The notes below the pieces were generated by a model. The model was not told where the DNA came from. It was given only the letters and a program-made list of their open reading frames with translations, and ran no database searches. The position numbers and the translations under genes are program-made. 64,000 nucleotides of DNA from Octopus vulgaris (lineage: Eukaryota), in contig OX597824.1 in assembly GCA_951406725.2 (NCBI GenBank), positions 11,222,001-11,286,000 of the forward strand. The letters are read 5' to 3'. Every line of letters begins with the position of its first letter. Positions within the stretch are counted from its first letter, which is position 1. Positions 55,023-64,000 of the stretch are shown here, piece after piece.

Positions 55023-55405
55023 AGGCGGCGAGCTGGCAGAAACATTAGCACACCGGGCGAAATGCTAAGTCTGTCGCCACGTTCTGCGTTCAAATTCTGC
55101 CGAGGTTAACTTTGCCTTTCATCCTTTCGGGGTCGATTAAATAAGTTCCAGTTATGCACTGGGATAGATATAATCGATTTAATCCATTTGTTTGTCCTTG
55201 TTTGTCCCTTCTGTGTTTAGCCCCTTGTGGGTAGTATATAAATAGGTATTTCGTCTGTCGCTATATTCTGAGTTCAAATTCTGCCGAGGTCAACTTTGCC
55301 TTTCATCCTTTTGGGGGTCGATTAAATAAGTACCAGTTACGCACTGGGTTTGATATAATCGACTTCATCCGTTTGTCTGTCCTTGTTTGTCCTCTTTGTG
55401 TTTAG
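55023..55405 (+). mobile_element. SINE family A dimer
   Basis: Second unit restarts at GGTATTTCG, 55245. Confidence 0.85.
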
Positions 55406-55668
55406 TACTTCATTTCACATGGCTCCAGTCCACTTAGCTGTAAATGGATCACCTTGTCACAGACTAGCTTTCCGATCAGAAGAAATGTTGGCCTGTTTGC
55501 CAGTCTAGTGGAGTGGCATTGTTTGAAAGCTAAAACAATGCAAAGTGCATTGTGACCAGCGATGTATAACAACATCTGATAGTCTGGTTGATCACGTGAT
55601 CACTATATATATATCTATATATTTATACATACATACATATTATATATATATATGTATATATAATGTAT

Positions 55669-55705
<37 letters not shown>

Positions 55706-55737
55706 TTTATTTTAAGCAGCAGAAAATTCAACAAAAT

Positions 55738-55775
55738 CTGTTACTCTGAGTTTCTCGTTGCCGTTCATCAGACAG
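55738..55775 (-). ncRNA. Minimal type-I hammerhead ribozyme (second family, Penelope-type)
   Basis: CUGU-CUGAUGA-aCG(gcaa)CGa-GAAA-CUC(a)GAG-UA-ACAG; first stem-II pair mismatched. Confidence 0.7.
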
Positions 55776-56170
55776 TTTTTGCTAGAATGGAACATATATA
55801 TTAATTCAATCTATACTCTTACAAACGCTACACCTTTAAAAAGAAATGGACTTGTTTGATTGGCCCTTTAGAAAAAACGGTCAATCTTCGAGCGATAAAC
55901 AAAAAGGTCAAAAATATATGTATATATATATAAAAAACTTATAAAATTATAAAATCCGAGGAAAAAACCGAGGAAAAAACCTATTGCCGTTAATGAAGAC
56001 AGTACAAATTAATGCATAGAAATTAAACCTGTTATAAATACTGCAATACATATTTATATTAAAATCCACATATATATATCAACATACACAAAAGGATGCG
56101 CGTAAACGCCATACATACATATACAGACGTATGAATATGAATCTATATATATATATATACATATATGTAT

Positions 56171-56213
<43 letters not shown>

Positions 56214-57976
56214 CATACATATTATATATATATATAACTATATATAATGTATATTATATACATTCATACATAGTATATATACTTACATACATATTATTTC
56301 ATTTCATTTAAGAAAAATGTTGTTCTATGCTAGCATGGGTTAGATGAATATATTGCTGAAGCAGTGTATTACAGCTGGCTGCTCTTCCTGTTGCTAACCC
56401 TTATTTGTTTTCCAAGTGAGGAAGAGATTTCTTATCCCAAATGTCTTCAAAGGTGCAAAGCCAACAGACGATTTGTTGACAAGGGAAAGAGAACAACATC
56501 ACAGCTTCTAGCAAAATAATTTTCAGAGAAGCACAGATGTAAAGAAATGCATAGACACACACATGCACATACACCCTCATATACATCATCATCATCATCA
56601 TCATCATTGTTTAACGTCCGCCTTCCATGCTAGCAGGGGTTGGACGATTTGACTGAGGGCTGGCGAACCAGATGGCTGTACCAGGCTTCAATCTTGATCT
56701 GGCAGAGTTTCTACAGCTGGATGCCCTTCCTAATGCCAACCACTCCGAGAGTGTTGTGGGTGCTTTTATGTGCCACCGGCACGGGGGCCAGTCAGGCGGT
56801 ACTGGCAATGACCTCGCTCGAATCTTTTTACACATGCCACCGGCACAGGTGCCAGTAAGGCGACGTTGATAATGATCACGCTCGAATGGTGCCTTTTATG
56901 TGCCACAGGCAAGGAAGCCAATTAGCTGCTCTGGCAACGATCACGCTTGGATGGTGCTCTTAGCATGGGCAGAAGTAACAGAGTGACCCAAGGGCTGAGA
57001 GTTTCAAGTACTGACATTTACCAAACTAGTTACCAAATCTGTACATACAAATATATATTGTACAGTGGGCTGTTTTCAGTTTCTGTCTATCAAGCCAACT
57101 CATCGAGCTTTGGTCAGCCTGGGGCTAAATTAGAAAGCACTTTCCCAAAGTTTGGCACAGCAGGTCTGATTCTGAAACCACATGTTTTGCCTGTGTCTCC
57201 ATGCAACAATACACCAATCAAGCTGAGTCTTGAGGAAGAATATACTTCCCTTATGATTTCTAATAAGACCAGATCTATTCCACTCTGCTGTGTCTCTATT
57301 CTTAGCATATTTTGATCGTATTACAGTTATTTCCCTTGCTTGCTGTTTTCAGATTTTAAACATTCTTGAAATAAATAAATAAATGCGCCCTTTTTTAAAG
57401 CCTAGCCAGGCTCATGGGGCCAGTTTCCCGGTTTCAATGGTGTATGTGTTCCCCAGCTGGACGGGACGCCAGTCCATTGCAGCATTACTCATTTTTGCCA
57501 GCTGAGTGGACTGGAGCAACGTGAAATGAAGTGTTTTGCTCAAGAACATAACGCGTCGCCCGGTCCAGGAATCGAAACCACAATCTTACGATCATGATGC
57601 TGACACCCTAACCACTAAGCCACGCACCTCCACTTTAAACATTGTTAGAAGGAGTTTTTGTCTACTAATCACTAGGATAACTTTACTTGATCTGAATTTT
57701 ACTACCCATGATATTATATTTGTGGGGCCCTACCAAATTCATCCCTCCTGTACATCAGCTCCCAAACATGTTGATTCTTCCTCACAAGAACTATATCAAC
57801 ACACTAGACTCCTATCCTTGACCAAGTTTTTCTTGCAGTCGTCAACTTCCAGATGGTTAAGTCAAAGATGTTAAATTGAACATCAACTGTACTGAACTCA
57901 TTAATTTAGGCTCATGAGTGATGTATTTCTTCTCTAACTAAATTTCTATCTATCTATCTATCTATATATCAGTCTT

Positions 57977-58034
<58 letters not shown>

Positions 58035-58111
58035 CATCTATCTATCTATCCATCTATCTATCTATCCATCTATCTATCCATCTATCTATCTATCCATCTA
58101 TCTATCTATCT

Positions 58112-58992
58112 GGACCTATGGACAACTTCCAGAGATCCCTGGCCTGGCAGTGCTACCGAGAAGCGCTACCCGTTCAGGATAAGCTCTATAGGTATGGCTC
58201 GAGAAACACAGGGCTGACCTGCCCGAGATGTGGGCAGAGCGACGAAACCATTCTGCACGCAATCGTGCAGTGTCCAACAATCTCCGACCTGTGGGCATAT
58301 GTCGAACGACTGCTGTCACATGTGGGACGTGTCGGTTTATCAGCCGAGTCTATCGTTAATGTCGTCACGCCTCCTTCCTTCAAACGGGAAGGAAGAGCTA
58401 TTTTCATCATCCTTGTGGCTATGGCGAAAGAATGTATCTGGTGGACTCGCCTAAAAGGATTAGAGACAAACACTTTCCTCTCTGGTCAATCTCTCATCAA
58501 CTTCTTCAAGTATCACTTGAAGAGAAAAGTGAGAGTAGAGAGGCAAGTTTTGTCTAGTGAATGTTTTAAAAAAAGATGGGTGAATGTAGCAAGGATGGCA
58601 CGTATGAATGACGAAGCCACCTTGACTATGATCCTATGAACCGTAAAAATTAATACAGAGAGTTGCTTATTTGTAAAAAGAAATATAACATGTGATTTCA
58701 TTGACCGAGGTTACTGTGGTCTTTTCCGTAGGCTTTTCTTTCCATGGGTAAACCTCACCTGTCCTCCCCTTTACACTTTATATTTACATTTCTGTGATAA
58801 TGATCCCTATTGATCGATTTTTTTCCTTTTCCTTTTATTTTCTATCCCACCCCCATTTTTTGTCTTCTTTCTTTCCTTTTACGATCCCTTTTGATCGAAA
58901 ACCAAACCCCCTTTTTTTACCCCCAAAAGAAAAGCTCTACCTTGTAATTTGTCCTGTCTGTGTGCAGCCCTGTGTGGCTAATAAAGAAACAT
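58112..58992 (+). mobile_element. 5'-truncated Tx1/L1-clade LINE (ORF2 C-terminus 58118-58639 + 3'UTR) inside (ATCT)n
   Basis: zf-RVT-type W....ALPV...CPRCGQSDETILHAIVQC....LW; (ATCT)n on both flanks. Confidence 0.9.
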
Positions 58993-59092
58993 ATCTATCT
59001 ATTTATCTATCTATCAATCCATCTATTTATCTATCCATCTATCTATCCATCTATCTATCTATCAATCTATCTATCCATCTTTCTATATATCC

Positions 59093-59161
<69 letters not shown>

Positions 59162-59163
59162 AA

Positions 59164-59194
<31 letters not shown>

Positions 59195-59671
59195 CTCTCT
59201 TTCTCCATCTCTCAATCTCCTGCAGTAAGTTTGAACATAAACAACAGCATAAAAAAAGAAAATCAATGGCACCATGTGATGAAGACAGGAAGCTATTGGC
59301 TCCATGTGCCAAGATTGAAGTATCGGCTCAGTGTGAGATTGTGAAGGAAAGCAGAGAGGCAGAGAGGCAGAGGTAGAGATAGACAGAGAGTGAGAGAATG
59401 AGAGGGGGAAACAATGTGACAGAAAAAAGGCAACAAAGATGAGAGATGAGAGATAAAGATGGCCAAAAAAAGATGGAAGAAGTGATAGACAGAAAAAAGC
59501 AGATAAACAGAAAGGAATGAAGAAAATAAAAGGTGTAGGTGAGGGAGAGGGAGCAGTATGGTTTATTATGCACACAGTTTATATTTCTGTGTTTAATTAA
59601 TTCATTTCCATTAATTAGTGTCACAGCTTAATGCTTGATGACTTGGTAAGACTGTCTTGAAGCAGAGATGC

Positions 59672-60106
59672 AAACTCCGACATCTGGCAGCTGACTTGGC
59701 AGACACCCATGAAATTATTAACCATCTTACAAACAATAACTCTGAGCACCTTTTCAAACTCCACCTGTCCAACACCCGTGGACACGTTTACAAAGTCAGA
59801 AAACAGCACAGCTCCCATGACTTTAGGAAACATTTTTTCACGCTAAGAGTTGCTGAAGTATGGAACAAACTGCCGGCATCGGTTGTTAGTTGTCGGAGCA
59901 CTGCATCCTTCAAAACTTCCATGCTTCCTGAGATTCGCCAACACTACACCTGATTTTCTCCCTCCATACACACACAAGCATGTATCTGACTCATACACTG
60001 TTCACTTTCCAGACATTTCTACATTACTGCATATGCTTTATACGCACTTTTGACAAGTTGTGGTGCACCTGAGCACTGTATACAATAATTTCATTATTAT
60101 ATTATT
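59672..60106 (+). mobile_element. CR1/Jockey-group LINE 3' end, copy 2
   Basis: Near-identical to 50020-50423, inverted. Confidence 0.9.
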
Positions 60107-60220
60107 ACATGCAGCATTTCTGAACTTTCAGGGGTTCAGTTTCTGAAAGTTTTAGGGAACACTGTGTAACTGATGGGAGTTTTGTTAATTTCCAGCGTGA
60201 GATCAAATCCCACTTTAGAT

Positions 60221-60441
60221 ATGTTTCTTTATTAGCCACACAAGGCTGCACACAGGTGGGACAAATTACAAGGTAGAGCTTTTCTTTTGGGGATAAAAAA
60301 AAGTGGGGTTGGTTTTCGATCAAAAGGGATCGCAAAAGGAAAGAAAGAGGAAAGCAAAAGAAAAAAAAAGTGGTGGGGGGGAATAAAAATAAAAGGAAAA
60401 AGAAAAAAATCGATCAATAGGGATCGTTATCACAGAAATGT
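60221..60441 (-). mobile_element. Tx1/L1 LINE 3'UTR, copy 2
   Basis: Matches ~58786-58992. Confidence 0.9.
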
Positions 60442-60709
60442 CAATGTCGACCACTCTATACAAAACTGGTGCCCTATCCATAGTGATGTCACTCAACCAC
60501 TTCCTGATAATTTCCAGAACACTGCCAGCATCTTGTAGTAATGACAGCGGCAGATAAAACAAAAAGTAAAAGACACATTCAACTTGTAGGATGTGGACAT
60601 TTTTTTATCTTTTACTGCTTTCTGCAATTGGACTGTGGCCATGCTGGGGCACCACTCTGAAGACATGTAATTAATCGTGTCAGCTCCAGTACTTATATGA
60701 GTCCAGTAG

Positions 60710-61210
60710 GTGCAGGCATGGCTGTGAAGTGGAAAAAGCTGGATTCCCGGCCGTATGGTCTCAGGTTCAATCTCAGTGTGCAGCACCTTGTGCAAGTGTC
60801 GTCTTCTATTGCCCTGGGCCAACCAAAGCCTTGTGAGTGGATATGGATGGCAAAAGCTGAAAGAAGCTTGTTGTATAAATATGCATATGTGTGTATGTGT
60901 GTGTGTGTGTGTGTGAGTGTGTGCATGCATGTGCACATGTGTGCGTGTATGTGTGATTGTGTATACCCTTGTCTTGACATCACAAGATGGTTGTGAATGA
61001 GGATCGGTCACGCAAATGATGTTGTTCACTTCTAGTTTTCTGTGAGATACACATCTGACCAAAGGGAAAATATTGCCTTACTTGGAAACAGGCGAGGGTT
61101 GGTGACAGGAAGGGCATCCAGCTGTAGAAAACGCAACTCAACAAATTCTACCTGACCCATGCAAACATGAAAGTGGATGTTAAATAATAATAATGATGTC
61201 GATGATGATG
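60710..61210 (+). mobile_element. SINE with family B head and RTE-type (TGA)n tail
   Basis: Head as 17641; tail GGAAGGGCATCCAGCTGTAGAAA...GATGTTAAAT..TGATG. Confidence 0.75.
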
Positions 61211-61256
61211 TATACTTATTTTAACACTTGAAGCACATCGTCCAGTGGTTAGGATG

Positions 61257-61863
61257 TTAGTTAGTTAGTTAGTTAATTTTTTGGCTCAAAAAGCAAAAAG
61301 CAAGGCCATGTAGGGGGATATGGAGTTATGTACAGGGTGGTGTTCATGTAAAGAGTTCAGGCCACTTCTGGTCAAGAGAGACTTTGAACTGAGCGGTCGT
61401 CGGCATCTTCACTATCTCGTCCAGCAGCTTATCCCATGGATCTGCAACCCGGACGGAGAAAGCCAGCAGTTGTGCTGGGACACATTTTCAGTTGAGTATA
61501 TCTGAGCAGCATGAAATGATGCCCCTTGCTCAAGAATACAATACATTGTCCAGTTCAGGAATTGATCCCATGATCTTATGATAGTAACCCCAACGCCTTG
61601 GTGATCTCATTCTTGCTCACATCATAAGCGGAAAGTGTAACCTCTTGAAAGAGCTGTTCTTCACTCCTGCTCCAGAGTGTCGGCTGCGGGGTCACTCCAA
61701 TTGAGCTGCGGGGTCACTCTTCAATTGAGATGAAATCGTTACAGATAGAGCTTTTTGGAGTGACCCCGCAGCCGACACTCTGGAGCAGGAGTGAAGAACA
61801 GCTCTTTCAAGAGGTTACACTTTCCGCTTATGATGTTGTGAGCAAGAATGAGATCACCAAGGC
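61257..61863 (-). mobile_element. Second CR1-group LINE 3' end, split by an inverted duplication
   Basis: LGDLILAHNII...LRGHSKKL (61863-61720) continues as AFSVRVADPWDKL...FKVSLD (61462-61347); (TAAC)n tail. Confidence 0.8.
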
Positions 61864-61995
61864 GTTGGGGTTACTATCATAAGATCATGGGATCAATTCC
61901 TGAACTGGACAATGTATTGTATTCTTGAGCAAGGGGCATCATTTCATGCTGCTCAGATATACTCAACTGAAAATGTGTCCCAGCACAACTGCTGG
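61463..61995. repeat. Near-perfect inverted repeat, arms 61463-61700 and 61755-61995
   Basis: Arms identical by eye except one 3-nt indel; 54-bp spacer. Confidence 0.95.
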
Positions 61996-62136
61996 TGCAG
62001 CTCTTTCTGCCTCCAGATGTTACATCCTTGGCATCCCACGGGGTCAAGAATGGGTGGGCCAAGGGTATGTCTGTGTCTGCTTGTGACTACATAAGAACCT
62101 AAAACAATGAGTAAAGGTATGGTAGAAGCTGCCAAG

Positions 62137-62712
62137 TCATCATCATCATCATCATTGTTCCACCGTGGTTGAGACAATGGAATTTACTATGTTACGCCAG
62201 ACTTCATGGTCCATCATAGCATTACGGAGGTCTTGTTGCTGGATGCCTGTATCCCTGGAGATTACATCAGGGTAGGAGAGTGTGCGCCCTCTGGTATTGC
62301 GAGTAGATAGCTTCCAGAGGAGAAGAGTAGAAATTGCCTCGTTTTCAGCTCTACAACAATGTCCAGCAAACTGGACTCTTCTACCTTTCACAAGAGATGA
62401 TACAGGTGGTAGTTTCCCCATATATTTGTACTTTGGTTGGATGATGCTTCCACGAGAGATTTTGAGCTCTCATAAGGAGGCGAGTGTAAGTTCCATCCAA
62501 CTGCCTCTCAAGCTTCTTTGATAACGTCCAGGTTTCTGAGCCATATTGTATAATTGGTTCGACTGTGGCTTTGAAGATTTTAAGTTTGAAATCTCTACTT
62601 AGATTTGATGACCAGGTCTTATGCATATCATTACAGGCTGACCAGGCCATACCCTTTCTAGTTAGAGAATCTTTTTCAGATGATGATATGTATGACCCAA
62701 GATATTTGTAAT
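62137..62712 (-). mobile_element. RTE 3' segment, copy 2
   Basis: Same extent as 13667-14235; TSD-like ATGACT. Confidence 0.9.
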
Positions 62713-62897
62713 CAGTCATACTCATCTGCAAATGGAAGCTAAGCTTTTCCTTCATTTTATTTCATCATCATTATCATTTAGCATCCATGTTCTCCACTGG
62801 AATGGGCTAGACTGTCATTTATAATTTATTCTTAATTTATTTTACTAATTTCTGTTCACTGAATGGCTAAGTTACCTTTCAATTAAAGGGGATACAA

Positions 62898-63106
62898 AGG
62901 TGGTGAGCTGGCCAAATCGTGAGCATGCCAGGCAAAATGCTGAACAGCATGCTACCCATCTTAATGTTCTGAGTTCAAATTCCACCAAGGTCAAATTTTA
63001 TCCTTTCGGGGTTTTTAAGATAAGTACCAGTTGAACACTGGAGTCAATGTAATTGACTTACCCCTCCCCCTGAAATTGCTGGCCTTGAGCCAAAATTTGA
63101 AACCAA
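62898..63106 (+). mobile_element. SINE family A, old-tail type
   Basis: Diverged head and core; tail CCCCTCCCCCTGAAATTGCTGGCCTTG. Confidence 0.8.
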
Positions 63107-63949
63107 TGAAAGGAGACAAAACTCAACACATCCCTTTTACACCTGTCTATATGCATATCTATTACATAAAATCTGTTCTGTCTATCAGTGTGTGTGTCTT
63201 CTAGGATCTCAGGCATCCTCCATCCAATTGCGCAGAAATTTGATATGTAGATACCGATGGTATCAGGGCTTGTAAAAGTCTTGAAAAACTTACAAAAATT
63301 GATTCCAGGTGAGAATGCGATCAATAAAGCCGTTTTTGTCCTGCTTTTCTTCCATCAACCTGTACATAACTGCACCTTCCATTTTTTTGTTGTTTTTGTC
63401 CTGCTTAAAGGCACGTTTCTTTCCTGCCAAGCTTACTGTTTAAACCATGTTTGTGTTCTCCCAGTCAAAAGCCTTATCATTACTGGTACTTTAAACTCTT
63501 CGGTTGCATACTTGTGTGAATAAAATCGTTTTTCTTTGGAATAGAAAAAAAGTCTATCTTTATTTCTTCTTTTGCTGGTGTCTCAAATTTAGGCTATATC
63601 AATGTTTCTCAAAGGGGAGGCCTATGGAACGGTCGGACAAGTTGTTTTGAGAAAATTTGGTTTAAATGTTTGACAACTCAGCACCGTCCATTGGACGCGG
63701 GGGGAGGGGGGCTTTTGCTTGTATATTTATATGATGAGTTTCTAAAATGGCACTACCTTCTAAATTCCACTCACAAAGTAATAATCAACTTGAGACTATG
63801 GCAGAAGACACTGACTCAAAGTGCTGTGCATTAGAATTGAACTCTGGACCATAACCAAACTTTATAACCTCATAGTATGTTCCTGCAGCCATCAATAAAT
63901 AAAATAAATGACAAAAATTTTTAAAAAGAAAAGAGAAATGGTTACTTAC

Positions 63950-64000
63950 ACAGATTCCTGCAAGACATGTCATCCCACCACCAAGTTCACAGATCCTTTT
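63950..64000 (-). CDS. CAMKMT: CAMKMT exon, partial (KRICELGGGMTCLAGIC)
   Basis: SAM-binding motif I CELGGGMTCLAG; |GTAAGT donor; exon runs off the window edge. Confidence 0.95.

Overview
AT-rich, microsatellite-dense animal genomic DNA; the SINE families suggest an octopus/coleoid cephalopod (inference). Host genes: (i) the 3' seven exons of calmodulin-lysine N-methyltransferase (CAMKMT) on the minus strand, 64000->33330, all with GT-AG sites in compatible phases and not resolved by the ORF track; (ii) a probable first coding exon of an unidentified minus-strand gene (1317->730); (iii) an isolated 53-codon TRAPPC10 fragment without splice sites. The rest is mostly transposon-derived: tRNA-SINE families, RTE, CR1 and Tx1/L1 LINE ends, non-autonomous Helitrons, mariner/hAT/MULE MITEs, a solo LTR and Penelope-type pieces. 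Two candidate undescribed systems stand out. (A) A 1.78-kb ORF1-only (RRM-like + CCHC, no RT) element that moved as a unit into an older relative and shares its 3' terminus with a Tx1/L1 LINE and with the most abundant SINE. (B) A tRNA-headed SINE whose tail carries a minimal type-I hammerhead ribozyme and which inserted as a Penelope-style inverted dimer inside one TSD. All alignments were made by eye; no database searches were run.
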